From positions 21,514 to 85,513 of the forward strand of contig JAQUOD010000001.1 in the NCBI GenBank assembly GCA_028717245.1: 64,000 nt of DNA, given 5' to 3'. Position numbers and translations under genes: made by a program. The DNA comes from Candidatus Omnitrophota bacterium. GTDB taxonomy: Bacteria; Omnitrophota; Gorgyraeia; Gygaellales; Profunditerraquicolaceae. The notes beneath the pieces are model-generated. The model worked only from the letters and a program-made list of their open reading frames with translations. It searched no databases and had not been told where the DNA came from. This document shows, in pieces, positions 1 through 9,166 of the stretch; position 1 is the stretch's first letter; each line of letters begins with the position of its first letter.

Positions 1-806
1 ATGGTTTACCTGTGGTCATCCGGCTGCTTGACCCGCCTTTGCATGAGTTTGTCCCCCGCGAGCAGGCGAAATTAGAGCAGCTTGCCCGGGATTTAAATAT
101 CACTATGCAAGAACTCTCCCGGAGGGCCGACGCCCTGCATGAATCTAATCCCATGATGGGCCACAGGGGTGTGCGTTTAGGCGTTACTTATCCGGAAGTA
201 AGTGAAATGCAGATCCGGGCTATTTTCGAAGCCGCCGCAGAATTACTTAAGGAAGGCAAAAAACCCTATCCTGAAATAATGGTGCCGGTAGTCTGCGATG
301 TCAAAGAACTAAACGATCAGCTAGCCATTGCCAAGAAAATTTATCAGGAGGTTTTGAGCAAGTATAACCTTAAAAAAATCAGGCATATGTTCGGCACGAT
401 GATTGAGATTCCGCGCGCCTCCATTGTCGCGGATAAATTAGCTCAAGTAGCCGAGTTTTTCTCATTCGGCACCAATGATATGACCCAGATGGGTTTTGGT
501 TTTTCGCGCGATGATATCGGCGGTTTCCTGCCGGAATATATCAAGAAGGGTATACTTCCCGAGGATCCTTTCCAGAGCATTGACCAGGAGGGGATCGGGG
601 AATTAATTAAGATCGGCATTGAGCGCGGCCGCAAAACACGCAAGGATTTAGAAGTAGGCATCTGCGGAGAGCACGGCGGCGAACCGCGTTCAGTAGAATT
701 CTGCCATCGCGTAGGCATGGATTACGTAAGTTGTTCGCCTTTTCGGGTCCCTATTGCAACGTTAGCGGCAGCGCAGGCCGCGTTGAAAGAAAAAAATACG
801 AGATAG
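1..806 (+). CDS. ppdK: Pyruvate,phosphate dikinase, C-terminal PEP-utilising domain (5'-truncated by window edge)
   Basis: Reading frame open from base 1; LLDPPLHEFVP, GTNDMTQ and CGEHGGEP motifs typical of PPDK/PEP-utiliser TIM-barrel domain. Confidence 0.8.
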   Translation, partial: GLPVVIRLLDPPLHEFVPREQAKLEQLARDLNITMQELSRRADALHESNPMMGHRGVRLGVTYPEVSEMQIRAIFEAAAELLKEGKKPYPEIMVPVVCDVKELNDQLAIAKKIYQEVLSKYNLKKIRHMFGTMIEIPRASIVADKLAQVAEFFSFGTNDMTQMGFGFSRDDIGGFLPEYIKKGILPEDPFQSIDQEGIGELIKIGIERGRKTRKDLEVGICGEHGGEPRSVEFCHRVGMDYVSCSPFRVPIATLAAAQAALKEKNTR

Positions 807-813
807 TATCAAA

Positions 814-880
814 GTGTCATGTATCAAAGTATCAATGTCTTAAAGTTTTTCTTTGACACTCTGACACTTGACACTCTGAC
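814..880. repeat. Long imperfect palindrome built from GTATCAAAG/CTTTGATAC-type 9-10 bp units around a TTTTT(C) centre; copy A of 3
   Basis: Same architecture at 11748-11810 and 60471-60541, all intergenic. Confidence 0.7.
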
Positions 881-891
881 GCCAAAAAACA

Positions 892-1710
892 ATGGAAGCC
901 TTAAAAACTTACCTTAAGGAAATCAGGGTCATACCTTTATTGACTGCCGAGGAAGAAATAAAATTGAGCCGGCGGATAAAAAAAGGCGATGAGCAGGCGC
1001 GCAAGGCCATGATCCGCGCCAACCTGCGCCTGGTGATTAACATCGCCAAAAGATACATGTATCTGGGCACGCCGTTTTTAGATTTGATTGAAGAAGGCAA
1101 TCTCGGCCTGATGAAGGCAGTGGACAAATTTAATCCGCGTAAGGGTTTTCGTTTTTCTACTTATGCTGCCTGGTGGATTAAACAGGCGATTATGCGCTCG
1201 ATTATGGAACAGGGCAAGATCATCCGCATACCTGTTTATATGAATGAAATGATTGCCAAATGGAAAAAAACCAGCGAGCGGTTATCCCAGAAACTAAAAC
1301 GTATACCTACCGACGCGGAGATTGCCAAAAGGATTAAGCTCTCCAAGGATAAGGTAGAGCAGATAAATTTCTGGCTCTCCGCCACCACTTCTTCTCTGGA
1401 GGCGCCCGTAGGAGAAGAAGGAGAAGGCCAGTTTTCGGATCTGTTAGAGGACCAGAATGCCGTATCCCCGGATTCGGGGATTGAACATTTCCTGGATAAA
1501 GAAAGAATACGTAACCTTTTAGGCGTGGTGACCAATAAAAGGGAGAGAGAAGTCCTGGAACTGCGTTTTGGCTTAATAGACGGTAAGAGGCAGACACTGG
1601 CAGAAGTAGCCAGAAAATTAGGGGTCTCCCGCGAAAGGGTCAGGCAAATAGAGGAAGAGGCCCGAAAAAAATTAAAGCGGTTCATCCAGCAACAGGAGAA
1701 AGAATTATGA
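892..1710 (+). CDS. RNA polymerase sigma-70 family sigma factor (RpoD/RpoS-like, regions 2-4)
   Basis: Region 2 DLIEEGNLGLMKAVDKF..FSTYAAWWIKQAI, region 4 HTH TLAEVARKLGVSRERVRQIE. Confidence 0.85.
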   Translation: MEALKTYLKEIRVIPLLTAEEEIKLSRRIKKGDEQARKAMIRANLRLVINIAKRYMYLGTPFLDLIEEGNLGLMKAVDKFNPRKGFRFSTYAAWWIKQAIMRSIMEQGKIIRIPVYMNEMIAKWKKTSERLSQKLKRIPTDAEIAKRIKLSKDKVEQINFWLSATTSSLEAPVGEEGEGQFSDLLEDQNAVSPDSGIEHFLDKERIRNLLGVVTNKREREVLELRFGLIDGKRQTLAEVARKLGVSRERVRQIEEEARKKLKRFIQQQEKEL

Positions 1711-2231
1711 GCAAAAAAATAAACTTGAAAAAATGCATCCGTAACGTCCCGGATTTTCCCAGGGCCGGAATACTTTTCTATGATATCACTACGCTGCTTA
1801 ACGATAAAAAGGCCTTTTGTTTGGCAGTTGATTCTTTAGCCGCTAAATATAAAAGTAAGAAGATAGATAAAGTAGCGGCAGTAGAAGCAAGGGGATTTAT
1901 CTTCGGGGGCGTAGTGGCGCATAAATTAGGCGTGGGTTTTGTGCCGGTGCGTAAACCCGGTAAACTCCCCTGGAAGACCAATTCCGCAAGCTATTCCTTA
2001 GAATACGGCACCGATACCTTAGAGATGCATCGTGATGCTATCAAAAAGGGAGAGAGGGTTTTGATCGTAGATGACCTTTTAGCTACAGGCGGCACAGTAA
2101 AAGCGGTGACGGAGTTAGTTAAACAACTGCAGGGTAAAATCGCGGGCATTGCCTTTTTAATTGAGCTGGTAGATTTAAAAGGCAGGGATAAATTAAAGGG
2201 TTATCCGGTTTATTCGCTGCTTAAATATTGA
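1707..2231 (+). CDS. apt: Adenine phosphoribosyltransferase
   Basis: PRTase motif VLIVDDLLATGGT, overall Apt-like length and N-terminal FPRxGILFxDIT. Confidence 0.85.
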   Translation: MSKKINLKKCIRNVPDFPRAGILFYDITTLLNDKKAFCLAVDSLAAKYKSKKIDKVAAVEARGFIFGGVVAHKLGVGFVPVRKPGKLPWKTNSASYSLEYGTDTLEMHRDAIKKGERVLIVDDLLATGGTVKAVTELVKQLQGKIAGIAFLIELVDLKGRDKLKGYPVYSLLKY

Positions 2232-2296
2232 TTTAGTCGTCACTTATCAGATTAATTAACTAACGACTAAAGACTAACAACTAACGACTAAACTAT

Positions 2297-2373
2297 GCCC
2301 CTGTAGCTCATAAGGATAGAGCAGCAGTTTCCTAAACTGCGCGTGGCAGGTTCGATTCCTGCCAGGGGCACCA
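2297..2373 (+). tRNA. tRNA-Arg (anticodon CCT), CCA encoded
   Basis: Cloverleaf readable: acceptor GCCCCTG/CAGGGGC, anticodon stem GCAGT/ACTGC with loop TTCCTAA, T-arm GCAGGTTCGATTCCTGC, 3' ACCA. Confidence 0.8.
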
Positions 2374-2377
2374 AAAA

Positions 2378-2433
2378 AGGGACTGTCCCCGTAGATAGCT
2401 AATTCAAAGGATACCAAGGGGACTGTCCCTAAA
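2378..2433. repeat. Paired palindromic 11-mers GGGACWGTCCC separated by ~27 nt (site 1 of 4)
   Basis: GGGACTGTCCCC-N26-GGGGACTGTCCC ending 6 nt before the PHP gene ATG; same pair at 15698-15746, 19768-19824, 52451-52504. Confidence 0.7.
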
Positions 2434-2438
2434 GAAAT

Positions 2439-3092
2439 ATGTACAATCTGCATTGCCATTCATTATTAAGCGATGGGGCCCTGCTTCCTTCAGAGGTAGC
2501 GGTGCGCTATTTATCCGCAGGGTATAAGGTAATTGCCATTACTGACCACGCTGATTACAGCAATATAGATTTTGTGATTGATTCAATCTTGAGATTTATT
2601 CAGCGTTGGCCGCGGGATTCTCAATTAAAAATCCTGCCCGGCGTAGAACTGACTCACATCCCGCCAATACAATTTAAACCCTTGGCCAAATATGCCAGGA
2701 GTAAAGGTGTAAAAGTTATTGTCGGCCACGGCGAGACCCTGGTTGAGCCGGTGATTAAAGGGACCAACCGCGCTGCCTTAGAAGCGGATATTGATATTCT
2801 GGCTCATCCGGGTTTAATTGCCGACGCAGAAGTAAAACTCGCCAAGAAAAAAGGCATATTTCTGGAGATAACCAGCCGTAAGGGCCACCGCGATACTAAC
2901 CCGCATGTAGTAGAACAGGCCTTAAAAGCAGGGGCAAGATTAATTTTGGATACGGACAGCCACCTGCCGGAAGATATTATTTCCGCAGAGCAATTGATAA
3001 AAGTCGGCCGGTATGCCGGCTTAAGCCGGAAAGAGATAGAGCATATTTATCAGGATGTAAAAGGCTTTTTAAAAGGAAAGGGGGTAAAGTGA
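2439..3092 (+). CDS. PHP-domain metal-dependent phosphoesterase (histidinol-phosphatase-like)
   Basis: N-terminal LHCHSLLSDG and ITDHAD motifs characteristic of PHP family. Confidence 0.7.
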   Translation: MYNLHCHSLLSDGALLPSEVAVRYLSAGYKVIAITDHADYSNIDFVIDSILRFIQRWPRDSQLKILPGVELTHIPPIQFKPLAKYARSKGVKVIVGHGETLVEPVIKGTNRAALEADIDILAHPGLIADAEVKLAKKKGIFLEITSRKGHRDTNPHVVEQALKAGARLILDTDSHLPEDIISAEQLIKVGRYAGLSRKEIEHIYQDVKGFLKGKGVK

Positions 3093-3559
3093 AAAATAAA
3101 ATAACTAGCATGTTCGTTATTGCGTTATTGGGTTATAGCGTTATAGCGTTAGTGGGTTGTGCCGGGCTTTCCAAGAAAGATAATGTACCAAAAGACGAGG
3201 CTTTATTAGAACCCCAGGCAGCATTAAAATTCAGCGATCTCCCTGCTCCCGTAGGTTTTAGGTTATCGCCCCAGGACTCTTATTCTTTTGAGAGCGGCGG
3301 CATACGCGTGGCCATATTGAAATACCACGGCAAGGCAGACGTAGAGCAAGTGGTGAATTTCTACAAGGACCAGATGCCGCTTTATAACTGGAACCTGCTG
3401 AATACCATAGAGTACGGCGAGCGGCTCCTGAATTTTGAACGGGAGGCAGAAAGCTGCATTATCCGTATATTAGCCAAAGGCAATAATATTACGGTGACCA
3501 TCGCCTTAGGCCCGAAATCCGAAGCTAAACCCAAAAAATCCGAGAGGCCCGTAAAATAA
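3089..3559 (+). CDS. Lipoprotein of unknown function (lipobox LVGC)
   Basis: Signal peptide plus lipobox L-V-G-C; C-terminal tail KPKKSERPVK shared with next gene. Confidence 0.6.
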   Translation: MKNKITSMFVIALLGYSVIALVGCAGLSKKDNVPKDEALLEPQAALKFSDLPAPVGFRLSPQDSYSFESGGIRVAILKYHGKADVEQVVNFYKDQMPLYNWNLLNTIEYGERLLNFEREAESCIIRILAKGNNITVTIALGPKSEAKPKKSERPVK

Positions 3560-3599
3560 GCAAGGTACGTAAAAGAGGGAAGTTTTTTGCCTATCCATA

Positions 3600-5609
3600 A
3601 TGCCCGCCAAAAAGATTACCGCATTTCTCCATGTTATTTTAATAATGGCTCTTGGTCTTACTATCTATAGCAATTCCTTATCCAAGAAGTTCATTTGGGA
3701 TGATGAATTTCTAGTAAAAGATAACACTTATATAAGGAATTTGGTAAATATCAAAGAAATTTTTACAAAAGATATAGGAGCGGGTGCGGAAAATATATAT
3801 TATTCTTACCGTCCGGTCCAGACGCTGACATATATGCTGGATTATTCGTTATGGAAGTTAAACCTGAAAGGGTACCACTTTACTAATATCGTATTGCATA
3901 TTTTGGCAGCACTGGCTTTTTACTGGCTCTGCAATACCCTTTTTGCGGATAAGGTTATATCTTTTATTGCCAGCAGCTTATTTGTAGCTTTCCCCCTTCA
4001 TACCGAAGCAGTTTCTTATGTTTCAGGCAGGGCGGATTCTTTGGCCGCTTTATTTCTGCTTTTGAGTTTTATCTTCTATATAAAATCTAATCCTAAGAAT
4101 GCAACAGGCAGATACATTATTGTTTTATTAGCCTACATATTAGCTATTTTATCCAAGGAATACGCCTTGATATTGCCGCTAATGCTTGTTTCCTATCACT
4201 ATGTTTTTAGAACAGAGTATAAATTCAAGAGATTTTTGCCAATTTTGGCCGTTACTTTTCTCTATATCTTAATACGCTTAACGGTCCTTAGCGCTTTAAT
4301 GCCCCCTAAGGCGCTGATCTTAACCAGCCTATGGCAGAGGTTACCCGGCGTTTTTGTAGCCCTGGCCAATTATATTAGGTTCCTTTTTCTGCCTTTCAAC
4401 CTGCATATGGAATACGGCAATACGGTGTTTAGCCCTATGCATCCAAAGGCAATATTGGGGGCTGCGATTTTTATTTTTTTTATGGCGTTAGCTTTTTTAA
4501 AGAGAAGGAATAACGCCTTGATATCTTTTTCTATATTTTGGTTTTTTATCTTTTTATTTCCCCAGTCCAATATTTTCCCTGTCAATGCCTATATGTCCGA
4601 ACACTGGCTATACCTGGCCTCAGCAGGCTTTTTTCTCGTTTTGGCATACGGGCTAGCATGTTTATATAGAACAAAGGGGTTAAAAAGTTTCACAATATTC
4701 CTCTTGATATCCGTATTGCTCTTCTATTCGTTTCTTACTGTCCGGCAGAATAGTTACTGGAGGGACCCCGTTATTTTTTATGAACGGACCTTAAAGTATG
4801 CCCCGCATAGCGCCAGGGCTCTTTATAATCTCGGTAATGCCTTGCGCGATATCGGTAAATATAGAGAAGCTATGGCCTCGTATGATAGCGCTATAAAAAA
4901 TAATCCAAACCATATCGGCGCATATAATAATCTTGGCGCCCTCTATTCAGATATCGGCAACCCCGAAGAAGCCGTATCCTTATACAAAAAAGCGATAGAA
5001 ATTGACCCTGGCCATGCCAAGGCATACAATAATCTTGCTAACGTTTATAAGGAAACCGGCAGGACAGACGAAGCCATAATTCTTTATAAGAAGGCAATTG
5101 AAATTAAACCCGACTACGCCGATGCTTATTATAACTTAGGTAGCGCCTATGCGGCTATGGGTAGGCCCAGGGAGGCAATCCCCGCTTATCAGAAAACGAT
5201 AGAAATTAACCCGGGCTATCTCTTGGCGTATACTGGCTTGGGCGATGTTTATTACGAAGCAGGCAATCTCAAAGAAGCATTAACCTTATACACGCAAGCA
5301 ATAAAACTTAAACCCGATTATGCCGAGGCCTATAACCGTTTGGGCATTCTGTTATATACGGCAATGGAAAAGAAAGAGGAGGCGATTGCCGCCTTTAAAA
5401 AAGCCATAGAGACTAACCCCTGCCTTGCGGACGCGCATAATAACCTGGCCGTGGCATATTATTACTATAAAAAGCAATATGGCCTGGCAGCCAAGCATTG
5501 CGATCAGGCAGCCGAGCTTGGCTATAAGGTTAATCCTGATTTTTTAAAGCAGCTACAACCTTATAGAAAATCGCCTAAGCCTAAGAAATCCGAAAAGCCG
5601 GTTAAGTAA
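3600..5609 (+). CDS. Polytopic membrane protein with C-terminal TPR repeats (TMTC/PMT-like DUF1736-type putative glycosyltransferase)
   Basis: About 10 predicted TM helices in the N-terminal 400 aa, followed by at least 7 TPR units (AYNNLG..Y..A..Y..AI..P) repeated. Confidence 0.7.
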   Translation: MPAKKITAFLHVILIMALGLTIYSNSLSKKFIWDDEFLVKDNTYIRNLVNIKEIFTKDIGAGAENIYYSYRPVQTLTYMLDYSLWKLNLKGYHFTNIVLHILAALAFYWLCNTLFADKVISFIASSLFVAFPLHTEAVSYVSGRADSLAALFLLLSFIFYIKSNPKNATGRYIIVLLAYILAILSKEYALILPLMLVSYHYVFRTEYKFKRFLPILAVTFLYILIRLTVLSALMPPKALILTSLWQRLPGVFVALANYIRFLFLPFNLHMEYGNTVFSPMHPKAILGAAIFIFFMALAFLKRRNNALISFSIFWFFIFLFPQSNIFPVNAYMSEHWLYLASAGFFLVLAYGLACLYRTKGLKSFTIFLLISVLLFYSFLTVRQNSYWRDPVIFYERTLKYAPHSARALYNLGNALRDIGKYREAMASYDSAIKNNPNHIGAYNNLGALYSDIGNPEEAVSLYKKAIEIDPGHAKAYNNLANVYKETGRTDEAIILYKKAIEIKPDYADAYYNLGSAYAAMGRPREAIPAYQKTIEINPGYLLAYTGLGDVYYEAGNLKEALTLYTQAIKLKPDYAEAYNRLGILLYTAMEKKEEAIAAFKKAIETNPCLADAHNNLAVAYYYYKKQYGLAAKHCDQAAELGYKVNPDFLKQLQPYRKSPKPKKSEKPVK

Positions 5610-5732
5610 GTAAAAGCATCTTTAACGGGTGGCTTGGGTGTTTTAGAGCCGCGGCGTGCGGCGAAAAAATACCCAAGACAGGACCCGTTAAAGCCCCGCC
5701 TTAGCTTACCTAACCGCTACAAAAAACACTTG

Positions 5733-5768
5733 ACAAATAAGGGGTTATGTGGTAAAAAAAGGATAAAT
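5733..5768 (+). promoter_or_regulatory. Sigma-70-type promoter TTGACA-N17(aataaggggttatgtgg)-TAAAAA upstream of OMP gene
   Basis: Near-identical spacer in the 9592 promoter. Confidence 0.5.
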
Positions 5769-5942
5769 TAGGTTATACCATTGGATATGACTTTAATTCC
5801 AGGCGCAAAGGAGGTGAAGCCCAAAAAAGGCCTAAAGTCAGGGAAAATCCAGTGATATACATATATAGAAATTCTCTAGGAAACACATTAAAAACCTAGT
5901 TCAATAAATATATTTTAAATTCCTTAAAGGAGGATAAACAAA

Positions 5943-7517
5943 ATGAGTAAACGCTTAATCTTGATTCTGGCTCTCGCGTTTGTAGTCGGCATCACTTTTG
6001 CCGCATACGCCGAAGTCCAGAATGTGAAAGTAAGCGGTGACATTACCGTTTCAGCAGTTGGCCGTGATAACTATGATTTAGCCAAATCTCTATCTGGAAA
6101 TGCGATAATTAATTCTAATTTCGAGGATAAGGATAGAGACATTCTCTCTATTACCAGAGTGCGCGTGGATGCTGATTTAACGGATAATGTTTCTGCTACA
6201 GTAAGATTACTGAATGAAAGACCGTGGAATGGTGAAAGCAGATCTGAAGGCCAAGCCAACAGGAACATCGGCTTGACTGCTTCAAACACTGCTGCTGAAG
6301 CCAATGAAATAGACCTGGATTTAGCCTATGTTACCTTAAAAGAGTTCCTTTATTCGCCTCTTTCCTTGTCCATCGGCCGTCAGGAACTCCATTTTGGCAA
6401 TGACCTGATTGTGGGTGACCCGGATACCAATGGTTATTCTCTTCGCACTGCCCTATCCGAAGGCGATTTAAGCGCCCGCAAATCTTTTGATGCCCTGCGC
6501 GCTACCTTAGATTATAATCCGATAGTAGTGGATTTAGTCTATGCCAGGACAGAAGCAGGCGCGGCTAATCTGCACGCTAATACTGACCTTGCCGGTATCA
6601 ATGCCAGCTATGCCTTGAACAACAATACAACCATTGAGGGTTTTTTCTTCTCTAAAATGAAGGGAAGCAATACCCCGGCAGTCTATAACGTTGATGCAGC
6701 TGACAACACTGGTTGGACCGGAGCTGCCGTTGGCGCAGGCCTTGACAACCAAAATTATAAGGATAGGTCAGATATAGTCAATACCCTTGGCGTGCGCGCA
6801 GTGGATAAGACTGTAAAGAACCTTACCCTTGATGGTCAGATAGCCTGGCAGTTTGGTAGGTACAATCCCAAGTTTGACCCCAATGCCAGATACGATGCTG
6901 CTAGCTTTGTGAAGGCACAAACTGTTAGCCGTAATGCCTGGGCTGCCCAGTTAATGGGAAGCTATGATTTGAAAGATATAGCTATGCTTTCCAAATATAG
7001 CCCCAGCATCAGCGCTTCTTACACCTATCTTTCCGGTGCAGACAGAGATCAGACTACTAAGAGATCGTATAAAGGTTGGGATCCCATGTTTGAAAACCAG
7101 ACTATCGGTCAAGTCATGAATGGTATTTTTGCCGATACTAACATGCATAAGGCGGGCTTATCTGCTAAGGCCAAGCTCACTGATGATATCGGAGCAAAAC
7201 TTGATTATGTAGGCGCCTGGTTTGCCAAGAGTTATCCCGGTGGTGATAATCACAGGAAAGCTATCTTGTCCGGTTATGCTGCTGCTAGCGGAACTGCAGG
7301 TGACAGCGGTAGGCAGTTCTATTTGTTGGATGGCAACTATATCGGCTCAGAAGTAGACGCCACCTTAACCTATGATTATACCGAAGACGTGCAATTCTCT
7401 CTCTTAGGTGGTGTTTTCTTTGTCGGTAAGAATATCCGTGATGCTGACCATATCGCTACCAAAGATAATAAAGCTAATGCTGCCGAGTTAATCGGTTCAA
7501 TGAAGGTTACCTTCTAA
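5943..7517 (+). CDS. Outer-membrane beta-barrel protein (porin/alginate-export-like), probably highly expressed
   Basis: Signal peptide with A-Y-A cleavage, alternating amphipathic strands, C-terminal aromatic F; strong promoter upstream and intrinsic terminator at 7546-7580. Confidence 0.65.
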   Translation: MSKRLILILALAFVVGITFAAYAEVQNVKVSGDITVSAVGRDNYDLAKSLSGNAIINSNFEDKDRDILSITRVRVDADLTDNVSATVRLLNERPWNGESRSEGQANRNIGLTASNTAAEANEIDLDLAYVTLKEFLYSPLSLSIGRQELHFGNDLIVGDPDTNGYSLRTALSEGDLSARKSFDALRATLDYNPIVVDLVYARTEAGAANLHANTDLAGINASYALNNNTTIEGFFFSKMKGSNTPAVYNVDAADNTGWTGAAVGAGLDNQNYKDRSDIVNTLGVRAVDKTVKNLTLDGQIAWQFGRYNPKFDPNARYDAASFVKAQTVSRNAWAAQLMGSYDLKDIAMLSKYSPSISASYTYLSGADRDQTTKRSYKGWDPMFENQTIGQVMNGIFADTNMHKAGLSAKAKLTDDIGAKLDYVGAWFAKSYPGGDNHRKAILSGYAAASGTAGDSGRQFYLLDGNYIGSEVDATLTYDYTEDVQFSLLGGVFFVGKNIRDADHIATKDNKANAAELIGSMKVTF

Positions 7518-7545
7518 GACAACTTATGTAGAAATAAAAAAGCCC

Positions 7546-7580
7546 TTGGGGGCATAGTTCCTCCAGGGGCTTTTTTATTG
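7546..7580 (+). terminator. Rho-independent terminator after OMP gene
   Basis: GC-rich inverted repeat AGCCCTTGGGGG..CCTCCAGGGGCT followed by TTTTTTATT. Confidence 0.7.
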
Positions 7581-7615
7581 TACCTAAGACCTAACACCAA
7601 ACACCTAATACCAAC

Positions 7616-9166
7616 ATGCTCTATTTAGCCTTCATCTTCCACATGCACCAACCCTATTATAAAAACCTCCTTACCCAGGAGACAGACCTACCCTGGGTGC
7701 GCCTACACGGCACCAAGGATTATCTGGATATGGTCAAGATTCTGGAGCAATATCCGCTCATCCATCAGACCTTTAACCTGGTGCCGTCTTTGGGTGAGCA
7801 GATAGAAGATTATGCCAACAAGAACATAAAAGATAAGTTTTTAGAACTTTCTTATAGGCCCGCGGCAAAATTGACCTCCGAAGAAAAGAAATTTATTTTA
7901 GAGAAATTTTTTATGATTAATAAGGAACACGTGGTTTCTGTTCATCCGCGCTATTACCAGCTCTACCTGCAGAAAGAGGGGGGGAGGGAGTTTAGCCAGC
8001 AGGATTATCTGGATTTACAGGTCTGGTTTAATTTAGCCTGGATCGATCCTTATTTTAGGCAGAACTTTCCGGAATTAAAAAATATCGTCTCTAAAGGCAG
8101 GTTCTTTAGCGAAGAAGAAAAACAGGTGGTTTTAGAAAAACAAATAGAGATATTAGCGGATATCCTGCCAACCTATAAAGAATTTATGGCCAAAGGCCAG
8201 ATTGAGGTTACGCTAAACCCTTATTACCATCCCATATTGCCTTTACTTTATAATACTAAAATCGGCAAGGAGGCAAATTGCCGCACCAGCCTGCCGCATT
8301 TGAATTTTGCTTATCCTGATGACGCCCGCGCGCAAATAGATGAGGCAGTGAAGTTTTACCAAGAGAGATTCGGGATTCCGCCGCAGGGCATGTGGCCGTC
8401 TGAAGAAGCGGTAAGCGAACACATCTTGCCGCTTATCATTCAGGCAGGCATAAAATGGATAGTTACCGACGAGGGGCTATTATTCAAGTCCCTGAAGAAA
8501 AAAAAACGGGGCACCCGGCTTTTATACCAGCCGCATTTTATAAAAAGAAAAGACGGCAATCTAAATATTATTTTCCGTGACCGTAATCTTTCGGATTTAA
8601 TCGGGTTTGTTTATTACCGTTTAAAGACCGAAGATGCGGTTTCCGACCTCATGCAACACTTGCAAAATATTGCCGGCGCTTTTAAGGATGAAGATATTTT
8701 GGTAACTATAGCGATGGATGGTGAGAATGCCTGGGAGTATTATCCCAACGACGGGCATGATTTCTTAGGCCTTCTTTATCAAAGATTATCCGAATCTAAA
8801 ATTATCAAGACAGTTACTATCGCCGAATATTTAAAGACGCACACGGCGAATTTAGAAATCAAGCGTTTAGCCAGCGGTTCGTGGATATTTTCCGATTTTG
8901 GCAAGTGGATCGGTAATCCTTCCAAGAATAGGGCCTGGGAGTATCTGGCTAAGGCAAGAAAAGAACTGGAGGATTCTAAATCTCAGATCCCGGATTCCAA
9001 GCTAGAATTAGCGTATAAGCAGATGTATATTGCCGAGGGTAGCGACTGGTTTTGGTGGTATGGCGAGGACCAGGCTGATTTTGACCGGCTCTTTCGCATG
9101 CACCTGCGCAACTTTTATAATATCATCGACAAACCCATCCCCGAATACTTAAACTCGCCGATATAA
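7616..9166 (+). CDS. Glycoside hydrolase family 57 alpha-glucan enzyme (amylase/branching/4-alpha-glucanotransferase type)
   Basis: N-terminal FHMHQPYY signature of GH57, length ~516 aa. Confidence 0.8.
   Translation: MLYLAFIFHMHQPYYKNLLTQETDLPWVRLHGTKDYLDMVKILEQYPLIHQTFNLVPSLGEQIEDYANKNIKDKFLELSYRPAAKLTSEEKKFILEKFFMINKEHVVSVHPRYYQLYLQKEGGREFSQQDYLDLQVWFNLAWIDPYFRQNFPELKNIVSKGRFFSEEEKQVVLEKQIEILADILPTYKEFMAKGQIEVTLNPYYHPILPLLYNTKIGKEANCRTSLPHLNFAYPDDARAQIDEAVKFYQERFGIPPQGMWPSEEAVSEHILPLIIQAGIKWIVTDEGLLFKSLKKKKRGTRLLYQPHFIKRKDGNLNIIFRDRNLSDLIGFVYYRLKTEDAVSDLMQHLQNIAGAFKDEDILVTIAMDGENAWEYYPNDGHDFLGLLYQRLSESKIIKTVTIAEYLKTHTANLEIKRLASGSWIFSDFGKWIGNPSKNRAWEYLAKARKELEDSKSQIPDSKLELAYKQMYIAEGSDWFWWYGEDQADFDRLFRMHLRNFYNIIDKPIPEYLNSPI

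Noticed and set aside
2232-2296. Direct repeats CTAACGACTAAA upstream of tRNA-Arg as a possible attachment site
   Set aside because: Only two short copies plus one inverted copy forming a simple hairpin after apt; no adjacent integrase or other island signatures
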